64,000 nt of DNA from Peptococcaceae bacterium BICA1-8 (GTDB lineage Bacteria; Bacillota; Peptococcia; Peptococcales; BICA1-8), in contig JUEF01000030.1 in assembly GCA_000802045.1 (NCBI GenBank), forward strand, positions 11,767 to 75,766, read 5' to 3'. Under the pieces are notes generated by a model. It saw only the letters and a list, made by a program, of their open reading frames with translations, was not told the DNA's origin and ran no database searches. Below, in pieces: positions 36,129-44,980 of the stretch (position 1 is the stretch's first letter; the number at the start of each line of letters is the position of its first letter). The position numbers and the translations under genes were made by a program.

Positions 36129-36251
36129 CTATTTTTGTAAAGACTTAGGAGCTTTAGGTTGATATGTCCACCAACCACAGGCAAAAACTGAGCTGACACT
36201 GGCCAAAAGCATTAAAGTTGTAGCAAGTGCTGTAAAAATCGCCTTTTTCAT
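36129..36251 (-). CDS. agrD: AgrD-type autoinducing-peptide precursor (40 aa, absent from the ORF track)
   Basis: MKKAIFTALATTLMLLASVSSVFACGWWTYQPKAPKSLQK. RBS GGGAGGTG. The CGWWT-YQP..PKSL tail parallels clostridial AgrD (e.g. CLWFT-HQPEEPKSL). Lies 5 nt after agrB. Confidence 0.75.
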   Translation of the reverse strand: MKKAIFTALATTLMLLASVSSVFACGWWTYQPKAPKSLQK

Positions 36252-36256
36252 TTAAA

Positions 36257-36829
36257 TCACCTCCCTTTATTAAAAATTGGTAGTAAAGTTAGTGACTGAT
36301 ATAAAATGCCTAACATTGCACTAATATTTATCAGCAAATTGTCATTTAAAATTGTAAATATTAAAATAAAAATAATAAACAGAACAGAGGAAAGTCTCAG
36401 CTTATTCCGTAAGGTTTGGGAATGAATAGGTTTGGCTTCGGAGTCAACGGGTGCAAATAAAAATACAATAATCAAACATAGCAAAATGAAAATCATATTA
36501 ATCCAGTTAGTAGATCCAACCTGCAATAAATAATTAGCTAGGACTCCAATTAAACTGTAGATAATTGCACCCAAACCTAGGCATTTTAAGGGTGTATCAA
36601 AGTGAGCGCCTCCGGAAACTCTACGTAAAACACCGCCTGATATAGCTGCTATGGCTGCAGGCAAAAGAGCGTTAAAGACAAAACCTAATAATAAAATAGC
36701 CAGAAAACCAACTACACCAAGCAAGAACATCTCAATGGCATAAGAAACAATTTCATTTTTTTCTTCATCATAGTTTAAATCCTTAGTAATAAAACCCGCT
36801 AAGGATTTACTAAAATTAGAAAGCATCAC
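36257..36829 (-). CDS. agrB: AgrB family AIP-processing membrane peptidase
   Basis: 190 aa, 4-6 TM, conserved RR.SGG.H segment (LRRVSGGAHF). Confidence 0.85.
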   Translation of the reverse strand: MMLSNFSKSLAGFITKDLNYDEEKNEIVSYAIEMFLLGVVGFLAILLLGFVFNALLPAAIAAISGGVLRRVSGGAHFDTPLKCLGLGAIIYSLIGVLANYLLQVGSTNWINMIFILLCLIIVFLFAPVDSEAKPIHSQTLRNKLRLSSVLFIIFILIFTILNDNLLINISAMLGILYQSLTLLPIFNKGR

Positions 36830-37283
36830 TAGACTCCTTTATATCTAATCTCTTTTTTTTAATAAATAAGGCTACAAAAAAGATAATTAATACATGGGGT
36901 AAAGTAATTAAAATTCTTATAAAATCATTAGTTAATAATTCCTCACGAGAAATCGCAAATAGATTCATAATGGTAGGAACTATTAAGGACTCTGAAACAA
37001 TTAAAACTAAAAAACTCAATAAGCTAGATAAAATTGCACTACTTAAATCTACTTTTTTAATGAAACTTAGATAAGCAAATAAAAGACCAATTAATACTAC
37101 GGTATGCACGCCAAAAGTAATAGGTAGTAACCTAACCATAAAGGCAGTTATTGCTAGAATAATTCCTACAAAAATTACCTCTCGCCATTTAAAAGGTTGT
37201 CTTGCAATTGAAAGAGCTAAAATAACAACCGCAATTTGTTCAGGAATTCCTTGTAATAATACTACAGAAAAAGAAATATTCAT
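36816..37283 (-). CDS. 5-TM membrane protein of unknown function, overlapping agrB by 14 nt
   Basis: 155 aa, RBS GGAGGA, no soluble domain. Confidence 0.5.
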   Translation of the reverse strand: MNISFSVVLLQGIPEQIAVVILALSIARQPFKWREVIFVGIILAITAFMVRLLPITFGVHTVVLIGLLFAYLSFIKKVDLSSAILSSLLSFLVLIVSESLIVPTIMNLFAISREELLTNDFIRILITLPHVLIIFFVALFIKKKRLDIKESSDAF

Positions 37284-37483
37284 TCTGCATCCTCCATTTC
37301 AACTAATTTCCACAAATAATAATTTTCCCCTTTTTAAAAAAACAAATATTTCTATATTTTTTTCTCATATATTTAGAAAATCTACCTTTCTGCTGTTATA
37401 ATTTTTCACAATATTATTTATTCGCCAAACATTTACAAATTCCTACTAATTTTATCCACTTTGTATAAAATTTTTATGCATAG

Positions 37484-37510
37484 AAAAAACCGGGCCAACG
37501 AACGCCCGGT
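37484..37510 (-). terminator. rho-independent terminator after flxA
   Basis: Minus strand reads ACCGGGCguucguugGCCCGGU followed by UUUUUU. Confidence 0.75.
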
Positions 37511-37556
37511 TTCCCCCCCTCCTCATACGGTTTTACAATATCATTGTTATAACGAC

Positions 37557-38396
37557 TTAATATTCAGGTGGTAGATCCTTCAACTGCTCCATGGTGAAAA
37601 CAGGACCATCAAGACAAACATAACATGAACCAATGTTACAACGGCCACATTTACCAATACCGCATTTCATCCGCATTTCTAAGGTAGTAATAATATCTTG
37701 ATCACTAAAGTTCATTTTTTGCAGACTTGGCAGTGTGAATTTAATCATAATAGGAGGTCCGCACAAAACAGTGACCTGAGGCTTAGGAGCCAGTTCTTCT
37801 ACATAGGCGGGGACAAAACCTACATGACCGTCCCACCCTTCTTCTGCTCGGTCAATAGTAACAAAGACATCCATATTTGGGACCTTAGTCCAGTTTTCAA
37901 ATAAATCTTCCTGAAAACAGAGGTCTGACTTAGACCTAGCACCATAAACTACGGTCAGCTTACCAAAGTCATCTCTATTTTTAATACAGTGCATAATCAG
38001 ACTGCGGACAGGGGCCAAACCGATACCCCCACCAATAATGAGCAGATCTTTACCCTTACAGTAATCAATAGGGAAACCATTGCCGTAAGGCCCCCGAATC
38101 CCAACTTCCTGCCCTACTTCTATTTCATGCAAGGCTTTTGTCAGCTGACCTACTTCTTTAAGAGCCATTTCAATATGGTTTTCCCCTTTGTTGGTAATGG
38201 AAAACATACCCTCACCAACTAGAGGTAGAGACAGCATTCCTAATTGACCAGGCATGGGGTCAAAGGGCTTTTGATCATCCATAGTGCTTATATGAAAGGT
38301 TCTAACATCCGGAGTTTCCTGGACAATTTTTGTTACCTTGGCCTTTATGGGAACTAATGGGTTGATTTTTTTTACATCCTCTACAGTTATCGCCAC
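37557..38396 (-). CDS. flxA: FAD/NAD(P)-binding plus 2Fe-2S oxidoreductase, FlxA/AsrB/HydG-like
   Basis: 279 aa. GGGIGLAP NAD-binding motif and C-terminal CGIGKCGRCNIG 2Fe-2S motif. Confidence 0.75.
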   Translation of the reverse strand: MAITVEDVKKINPLVPIKAKVTKIVQETPDVRTFHISTMDDQKPFDPMPGQLGMLSLPLVGEGMFSITNKGENHIEMALKEVGQLTKALHEIEVGQEVGIRGPYGNGFPIDYCKGKDLLIIGGGIGLAPVRSLIMHCIKNRDDFGKLTVVYGARSKSDLCFQEDLFENWTKVPNMDVFVTIDRAEEGWDGHVGFVPAYVEELAPKPQVTVLCGPPIMIKFTLPSLQKMNFSDQDIITTLEMRMKCGIGKCGRCNIGSCYVCLDGPVFTMEQLKDLPPEY

Positions 38397-38448
38397 CTTA
38401 TTCCCTCCTTCACTTAAGATTAGTTACTCTACCTAGGATGTACTTCAT

Positions 38449-38823
38449 GTCATTCTGAGCGTAGCGAAGAATCTTAATCCATAAGATTCTCTGATAAATC
38501 CTTCCACCCTGGGTTTGCGTTTTCTATCAAATCATTTTTTTTAGACCTAATCCAGCCTTTAATCTGTTTCTCTCTGGAAATTGCACTTCTTACATCTGTC
38601 GTACTTTCAAAATAAACTAATTTATCAACATTATATTTCTTTGTAAACCCTTTAACCATCTTGTTTTTATGTTCATATAAGCGACGTTCGAGATCATTAG
38701 TAACACCTGTATATAGAACATTGTTTGACCAGTTTGTCAGTATATAAACATAATACATAAAGTTCACCTACTGATAAGATTCTTCACTTCGTTCCCGTCA
38801 TTCTGAGCGTAGCGAAGAATCTT
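38449..38823 (-). mobile_element. GIY-YIG mini-cassette bounded by perfect 27-bp direct repeats
   Basis: GTCATTCTGAGCGTAGCGAAGAATCTT at 38449-38475 and 38797-38823. It encloses only the GIY-YIG ORF. Confidence 0.65.
38474..38758 (-). CDS. GIY-YIG nuclease superfamily protein (UPF0213/YhbQ-like)
   Basis: MYYVYILTNWSNNVLYTGVTNDLERRLYEHK... carries the GIY-YIG core motifs. RBS AGGTGA 5 nt upstream of this ATG. Confidence 0.85.
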   Translation of the reverse strand: MYYVYILTNWSNNVLYTGVTNDLERRLYEHKNKMVKGFTKKYNVDKLVYFESTTDVRSAISREKQIKGWIRSKKNDLIENANPGWKDLSENLMD

Positions 38824-38919
38824 GCCTAGTAAGAAGACTAAGATCCTTCGGTCGTACCTCCCTCAGGATGACACAGCAACAATCTGTAGCTTTCAAAGCT
38901 ATGACAAATACAATTTTAG

Positions 38920-39909
38920 TTACGCTTCTTGTAGCTTCTTTATAACATTCGTTATATCAAGATTTACTGGACACTTCACTACACAGCGGCCACAGCCGGT
39001 ACAGAGGAGCATATTGTACCTTTCCGGGAAGTAGCGCAGCTTGTGTAAGAAACGGTTTCTGACCCGTTCCTTTTTACCGGGTCTGGGCTGATGACCACCA
39101 GCCATAACAGTGTATTCATCAACCATACAGCAGTCCCAGCAGCGGATTTTGGTACCATCTTCTCCTCTGACCTCACTTGCGATATCAAAGCAGTGACAGG
39201 TCGGACAGACATAGGCACAAGTGCTGCAGTTTAAGCATTTCCGGGAAATATCATCCCAAATAGGGTGGTCAAACATATCCTTTAATTTTTCCGGCAAGCC
39301 TTCTACATCAGCGGTAAGATTAAACTCTCCTATAGAAGGAATAGCTGCATCTTCCTCTGCAAACATACCCGAAACCTTACTTAATACCTCTTGTCCTCTT
39401 TCAGTGATTCCTTCAAAGCCCAATTTTTCCCCTAAATCATAGGCTTGAATATCTGCGCCCTGACCTTTTTGGGGGTCGATACCCATTGAAGTACAGAAAC
39501 AGGACTCCATAGGTTTTACACAGCTTAAAGCAATCAAAATACTTTTATCCCGCTTGTCTTGATAAAAGGGATCAACAAAGCCTTTGGTTAGAAAAACCTG
39601 ATCTAAGCAGTCAATACTTTTCATATCACAGGAACGGACACCAAAAATAACCTGCAATTTTTCGTCCTGAGGTATTTCTTCAATTTCCAAAGATTGATCC
39701 TTGGATTTGAATTTATACATTTCCTCAGTCTGAGGAAAGAAAATATCCTTGGGAGGCATAGTCACATTTTCCTCTAGAGCCAATTCCAAATTCTCACGGT
39801 AGGCAGCAAATCTAGAAACCCCTTCTAATTTTGCCGGGACTAATACTTTATATTCTTTTGCAAGTTGTTCCAACAACTCAGGCAGCTTTGCTTTAAGAAT
39901 AGTCTTCAT
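38920..39909 (-). CDS. flxB: 4Fe-4S protein, FlxB/AsrA-like
   Basis: 329 aa. CLNCSTCAYVCPTCHC and CTGCGRCVVKCP cluster motifs. N-terminus like anaerobic sulfite reductase subunit A. Confidence 0.7.
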   Translation of the reverse strand: MKTILKAKLPELLEQLAKEYKVLVPAKLEGVSRFAAYRENLELALEENVTMPPKDIFFPQTEEMYKFKSKDQSLEIEEIPQDEKLQVIFGVRSCDMKSIDCLDQVFLTKGFVDPFYQDKRDKSILIALSCVKPMESCFCTSMGIDPQKGQGADIQAYDLGEKLGFEGITERGQEVLSKVSGMFAEEDAAIPSIGEFNLTADVEGLPEKLKDMFDHPIWDDISRKCLNCSTCAYVCPTCHCFDIASEVRGEDGTKIRCWDCCMVDEYTVMAGGHQPRPGKKERVRNRFLHKLRYFPERYNMLLCTGCGRCVVKCPVNLDITNVIKKLQEA

Positions 39910-39921
39910 CGTTGCACCTCC

Positions 39922-40821
39922 CTACATGAACTCTTCTGGGTCATTTTTATCAAAATGGCCTAGAGGTAGTTTTCCTTCTATATCAACACCGGCATCATAC
40001 TCACCAAATAATTCATTGATATCCTTAACCAGCTTTTTGTTTAAAAGCATGATGGGAATATCCATAGGACAAGCCCGCTCACATTCACCACATTCGATAC
40101 AGCGGCCAGCCACATGCATAGCTCTAGTCAGAGCAAAAAATTGATTTTCTGAGGAGTTGTTAGCTTTACCGATCCAACCTACCCGAGTCTGGTCAAAAAC
40201 ACACTCCCGACAGCTGCAGGCAGGGCAGACATTCCGGCAGGCATAGCAACGAATACAGCGATCATATTGCCTTGTCCAGAAATCATATCTTTCATCAGGG
40301 CTCATGGCTTCAATTGCTGCCACATCACTGTAATCAGCTGCTTCTTTTGTTGCCGCTACTTCATTTAAAGCCTCTTTATCACCTAGGTAATAATCATAAA
40401 CCAAGGGATTAGGATACTGACACTCCAAGCATTTTTGAGCCTTGGGAAGTTCAGAGTTTTTCCCTAATTCTTTAGCTTTATCCTGGTCTAGAAGACCGGG
40501 GCAGGGAATACCAATCAAAATAACCTTTTCTCTATCTATTTGTTTATCCTGTAATAGCCGATTAAAGGCCCGAGAATCACAGCCTTTAACAAAAACAGCT
40601 GTTTTCCCTTCATGGTTTTTTAAGTCCACTAGATATTTACTGAGGTTGTTGTGACAAAAATCATCCCAAACTAACCTTTGTACATCTTCTGGTTTATCGA
40701 TAAAAGCTGGGGGTGACAGGTACCAGAAAGTACCCTTTTCCCAACCGATAACAACCTGAGCTTCACCCTTTTCTAAAATTTCCCGGGCAATTTCCTGCAT
40801 TTTTTTAGTCATTTCACTCAT
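39922..40821 (-). CDS. flxC: 4Fe-4S protein, FlxC-like
   Basis: 299 aa. CIRCYACRNVCPACSC and CIECGECERACP motifs. Overlaps flxD by 4 nt. Confidence 0.7.
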   Translation of the reverse strand: MSEMTKKMQEIAREILEKGEAQVVIGWEKGTFWYLSPPAFIDKPEDVQRLVWDDFCHNNLSKYLVDLKNHEGKTAVFVKGCDSRAFNRLLQDKQIDREKVILIGIPCPGLLDQDKAKELGKNSELPKAQKCLECQYPNPLVYDYYLGDKEALNEVAATKEAADYSDVAAIEAMSPDERYDFWTRQYDRCIRCYACRNVCPACSCRECVFDQTRVGWIGKANNSSENQFFALTRAMHVAGRCIECGECERACPMDIPIMLLNKKLVKDINELFGEYDAGVDIEGKLPLGHFDKNDPEEFM

Positions 40822-41255
40822 TGGGCATCCCTCAACTTCCTGTTAGGCCCCATAGCCCTAATTTCTTCAGTTATTTGGGTAACAACCTGTTGAAATTTCG
40901 GACCCTCGGAACCAGATATCCATCTGGCCTGGAATCGTTCAGGGTCAATACCTACATATTGTAAAAGTCTTTGCATCAACAAATACCTTCTGCGGGTGAA
41001 ATAATTGCCGCTTACATAATGACAGTCACCAGGATGGCAGCCTGCCACTAAGACCCCATCAATTCCCCGTTGAAAAGCCCTAATTACAAATTGGGGATTA
41101 ACCCGACCAGAACAAGGCACTCTTAGAATTCTAATATTAGGCGGGTACTGTAGGCGGCTTAATCCTGCCAGGTCAGCCCCGGCATAGGTACACCAGTTAC
41201 AGGCAAAAACCAGGATTTTAGGTTCCCAATTTTGTGGCATCTCCGTTATAGACAT
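40818..41255 (-). CDS. flxD: MvhD-type (methyl-viologen-reducing hydrogenase delta) protein, FlxD
   Basis: ILVFACNWCTYAGADLAG...RVPCSGRV...VAGCHPGDCHY is the canonical MvhD pattern. Confidence 0.85.
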   Translation of the reverse strand: MSITEMPQNWEPKILVFACNWCTYAGADLAGLSRLQYPPNIRILRVPCSGRVNPQFVIRAFQRGIDGVLVAGCHPGDCHYVSGNYFTRRRYLLMQRLLQYVGIDPERFQARWISGSEGPKFQQVVTQITEEIRAMGPNRKLRDAQ

Positions 41256-43228
41256 AAGGCATCCACCTCCGCCAAGATTTGTTCATTAGTAAAGTGCTTC
41301 AAGTTTAAGGCTGCAGAACGGCAGGCTACTGTACAAGCACCACAGCCCTGGCACAAACCGCTATTAACATTCGCAACCTTACGGCTAACTGTTTTGCCGT
41401 GAATTCTTTCTTGAATAACCTTAAGGTCAATTGCTGTATAAGGGCAAACTGGTACACACATACCACAACCAGAGCATATTGCCTCATTGACAGCAGAAAT
41501 AATCGGTTCTGTCGGCATTTCTTCCTTAGACAAGAGACCGCAGACCTTAACAGCGGCCGCACTAGCCTGAGCAACAGATTCAGGTATATCTTTCGGTCCC
41601 TGACACGCCCCTGCTAAGAAAACACCAGCAGTATGAGTTTCAACTGGAGCCAGCTTGGGATGAGCTTCAGTATAAAAATGGTTCTGGTCATAGGAGAAAC
41701 CAACCATTTGAGCAAGTTTTGCAGCATCAGCTTTGGCAACCATAGCTGTAGCTAAGACTACCATATCTGCTTCGATTTCCACAGGTCGTCCTAAAAGGGT
41801 ATCTTCACCCCAGACAATAAGCTTATCACCCTTTTCATAAATCTTAGATACCCTACCCCTAATATACTTGGCTCCATATTGATCAGTTGTCCGGGTGTAA
41901 AATTCATCATAACCCTTGCCAGGTGTCCGGACATCCATATAAAAGACATAAGCATTTGAATCTTTAATCTTTTCTCGCACCAGTGTTGCATGTTTTGCTG
42001 TATACATACAGCAGGTTTTAGAGCAATAAGCTTTACCTTTAGCTTCATCTCGGGAACCTACACATTTAATAAACACTACGTTTTGTGGTATTTTACCGTC
42101 AGAAGGCCGTTTGATTTTTCCCATGGTAGGACCGGAGGCATTTAACAATCTTTCAAAATGCAATCCGGTAATAACATCCTTATATTTGCCATAGCCATAT
42201 TCACCATAGACACTTTCATCAAAGAGGTCAAAACCAGTAGCGACTACGATGGCACCATAACGTTCTGTAACTAGTTCATCTTCTTGGGTAAAGTCTACCG
42301 CATTTGTTGGGCACACCTTTTGACAGACCCCGCACTTCCCGGATTTAAAGTATCGGCAGTTTTCTCTGTCGATTACCGGCTTATTGGGGATTGCCTGCGG
42401 AAATGGGGTATAAATAGCCTTTCGATCCATCATTTCCATTTCAAACTCACTAGGCACCTTTGTTGGGCACTTTTGGATACAGGTACCACAACCTGTACAG
42501 GCTTTGAGATCAACGGAACGGGCTTTTTTCCTGATAGTCACATCAAAATTGCCCACATAACCTTCTACTTTCTCTATCTCCGAATAGGTAATTAAATTAA
42601 CATTGGGATGATTGGCCACATCTACCATCTTAGGTGTTAAAATACAAGCTGAACAATCCAAAGTGGGGAAGGTCTTATCAACCTGAGCCATCCGACCACC
42701 GATAGAGGGTTCTTTTTCAACAACATCGACTATATGACCGGTGTTAGCAATATCAAGAGCTGCTTGTATTCCGGCAATCCCACCACCAATAACTAGTGCC
42801 CTCTTAGTGATAGGTATGGTCGACCTGACCAAGGCTTCATTTTGCATGACTTTGGCCACAGCCATCTTGACTAGATCTGTTGCTTTAATAGTGGCCCTTT
42901 CTTTATCATCAGGGTGAACCCAGGAGCAATGCTCTCTGATATTTGCCATTTCCAATAAGTAAGCATTTAAGCCGCCGCTTTCGATACAACGGCGAAAGGT
43001 TGGCTCATGCATCCGAGGTGAACAGGATGCCACCACGATTCTGTCTAGCTTTTGTTCCTTTATGGCTTTCTTTATTAATTCTTGTCCCGGTTCTGCACAC
43101 ATATACTTATAATCAGTACTATAGGCTACACCGGGAAAGCTTTTGGCATTTTCCGCCACTTTCTCACAATCCACTGCCGCTGAAATATTAGTACCACAGT
43201 GACAGATAAATACACCTACACGCTTCAT
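41246..43228 (-). CDS. hdrA: heterodisulfide reductase subunit A
   Basis: 660 aa. VGVFICHCGTNI start, GGGIAGIQAA FAD motif, multiple CxxCxxCxxxCP clusters. Confidence 0.9.
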   Translation of the reverse strand: MKRVGVFICHCGTNISAAVDCEKVAENAKSFPGVAYSTDYKYMCAEPGQELIKKAIKEQKLDRIVVASCSPRMHEPTFRRCIESGGLNAYLLEMANIREHCSWVHPDDKERATIKATDLVKMAVAKVMQNEALVRSTIPITKRALVIGGGIAGIQAALDIANTGHIVDVVEKEPSIGGRMAQVDKTFPTLDCSACILTPKMVDVANHPNVNLITYSEIEKVEGYVGNFDVTIRKKARSVDLKACTGCGTCIQKCPTKVPSEFEMEMMDRKAIYTPFPQAIPNKPVIDRENCRYFKSGKCGVCQKVCPTNAVDFTQEDELVTERYGAIVVATGFDLFDESVYGEYGYGKYKDVITGLHFERLLNASGPTMGKIKRPSDGKIPQNVVFIKCVGSRDEAKGKAYCSKTCCMYTAKHATLVREKIKDSNAYVFYMDVRTPGKGYDEFYTRTTDQYGAKYIRGRVSKIYEKGDKLIVWGEDTLLGRPVEIEADMVVLATAMVAKADAAKLAQMVGFSYDQNHFYTEAHPKLAPVETHTAGVFLAGACQGPKDIPESVAQASAAAVKVCGLLSKEEMPTEPIISAVNEAICSGCGMCVPVCPYTAIDLKVIQERIHGKTVSRKVANVNSGLCQGCGACTVACRSAALNLKHFTNEQILAEVDALCL

Positions 43229-44112
43229 GCAGTATCCCTCCTGCCTGCAGCTTCATTAAGCTTCTTCACTATGCCTGAAACATCAACAAAATGCTTACTG
43301 ATACCTAATTCTTGTGGATTTATCCCTAAGGCTATTCCCATTAACTCCGTAAAATAAAAGACTGGCAAGCTGTAGTTTTGTCCATATTTTGCTCCAACTT
43401 GAGTCTGACGCATATCCAGATTGCTCATACATAAAGGACAGGCAGTTGCTATACAATCGGCTCCCGTTTCCTTGGCTGCCGTCAATATTTTCTCAATCAT
43501 GGGAAAGCCTACCTCAGATTTGGTTGTGGCATGGGCAGCACCACAGCATTCAGTTTTAAAGGCCCAATCTACAGGGGTGCCCCCTAGAGCCTCTATCAAT
43601 TTATCCATGCTTTGGGGATCTTCCGCATCATCAAAACCCAATTTTGGGGGACGCACCAATAAGCAGCCATAATAGCTGACCACTTTTAAATCTTTTAAAG
43701 GTTTATTGACTAAAGTGTTGATAGACTCTAATCCCAAGTCATTAACAAAAACATCTAATAAAGCTCTAGCTTGGGATTTTCCTGTATACTGCCGTTCAAT
43801 CACTGCGCTTATAGTTTCTTGCATCTCCTTAGAATTCCTTACTTCAACCTCGGTTGCTTTACAGCGAGCATAGCAGGCTGCACAAGGGATAGCCACATCT
43901 AAGCCTTTTTCTTCAGCTATAGCTAAATTGCGAGCTGGTAGGGCTAAAGCTAACAAATGATCAGTTAAGTGGGCACTAGAAGCCCCACAGCAGTTCCACT
44001 CAGGGATTTCCCATAGCTCAATTCCTAAGGATTTAGCCACTTTTTTTGTAGATATATCATACTCTACACCGGTAGAACTTAACGAACAACCGGGATAATA
44101 GGCATACTTCAT
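43225..44112 (-). CDS. hdrB: heterodisulfide reductase subunit B
   Basis: Two CCG domains (NCCGASS, ECCGAAH). 295 aa. Confidence 0.9.
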   Translation of the reverse strand: MKYAYYPGCSLSSTGVEYDISTKKVAKSLGIELWEIPEWNCCGASSAHLTDHLLALALPARNLAIAEEKGLDVAIPCAACYARCKATEVEVRNSKEMQETISAVIERQYTGKSQARALLDVFVNDLGLESINTLVNKPLKDLKVVSYYGCLLVRPPKLGFDDAEDPQSMDKLIEALGGTPVDWAFKTECCGAAHATTKSEVGFPMIEKILTAAKETGADCIATACPLCMSNLDMRQTQVGAKYGQNYSLPVFYFTELMGIALGINPQELGISKHFVDVSGIVKKLNEAAGRRDTA

Positions 44113-44678
44113 AATTTACCACCCCGCTTCCGGACATTAGCGAATATTTTCTTCACTTCCCCATTATCTTTAATGGTATGGGGTAATGGGGATAATTTGC
44201 CTTTTAATAACATGCTAGGACCAAAATGGGCATCTTTTAAAGGCTGCATTCCATAGATATTGAAGCCCAGAATTAAACCCAACTCATGGACCCGACCATT
44301 ATTCTCTACGGATTTCAAAAATAGATCATGAAACAGGTCCATTTTCTTTTCCGCTACTGAGCCTTTTCTTTTAGCAATTATTCGTAAGGTCTCCATCACT
44401 CGGGCTATATCCACTTCGCGGGGGCAGCGGGTTGAACAGGTATCACAGCTTGCACACAACCAGATAGTATGGGATTGTAATGCTTCATCCATTAATCCCA
44501 GCTGGACTAACCGCATAATTTCCCGGGGAGTCTTATCCATAGCAAAGGCAACTGGGCACCCAGCTGAACATTTGCCACATTGGTAGCATTTTGAAGCTCG
44601 AACTCCGCTTTCTTTTGTAACCTCAGCCAAAACCTCTTGACCTTTAGCCCAGGCCGCAGTCAGTTCAATCCTTTCCAT
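44109..44678 (-). CDS. hdrC: heterodisulfide reductase subunit C
   Basis: CYQCGKCSAGCP and CASCDTCSTRCP motifs. Start set at MERIELT (RBS GGAAGGAGG), which leaves the Rex-like box outside the CDS. Confidence 0.85.
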   Translation of the reverse strand: MERIELTAAWAKGQEVLAEVTKESGVRASKCYQCGKCSAGCPVAFAMDKTPREIMRLVQLGLMDEALQSHTIWLCASCDTCSTRCPREVDIARVMETLRIIAKRKGSVAEKKMDLFHDLFLKSVENNGRVHELGLILGFNIYGMQPLKDAHFGPSMLLKGKLSPLPHTIKDNGEVKKIFANVRKRGGKL

Positions 44679-44705
44679 ACTGTTCCTCCTTCCATTTGCA
44701 TCAAC

Positions 44706-44723
44706 TTGTGATTTTGTACACAA
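44706..44723. promoter_or_regulatory. Rex-like operator candidate
   Basis: TTGTGAttttgtACACAA (minus strand TTGTGTacaaaaTCACAA) versus the Rex consensus TTGTGAA-n4-TTCACAA. It lies 28-45 nt upstream of hdrC. Confidence 0.35.
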
Positions 44724-44953
44724 TTTCACTAATGGCACATAAGTTTTGTTATTCTAGATTACCAGACAAAAATCCTTCACTGAAAATTAAAAGTATTCTT
44801 ATGATTCCTATAACCTTTGTCAATCACCTATCCATTATATCTAAAAATTCTTCCATAGTAAAAGAAAAATTCTGAATAATTTATCTACTGTTCTTCTAAC
44901 AATTGTCAATTAGTAATATACATTAGGGCAGGTAGTGACTAAATCACAACCGC

Positions 44954-44977
44954 GGACGTGCAATGCACGCCCCTACC
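44954..44977. repeat. GC hairpin ending CCCCTACC
   Basis: ggacgtgcaatgcacgcccctacc. Confidence 0.8.
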
Positions 44978-44980
44978 TTC

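Noticed and set aside
44679-44738. Long N-terminal extensions given by the ORF track: hdrC, lipB, thiW, the 25360..25737 ORF, the PHP hydrolase, the ComK-like gene and YlbF.
   Set aside because: In each case an internal start has a much better RBS and yields the family-typical N-terminus. The extensions run into promoters, operators or repeats.
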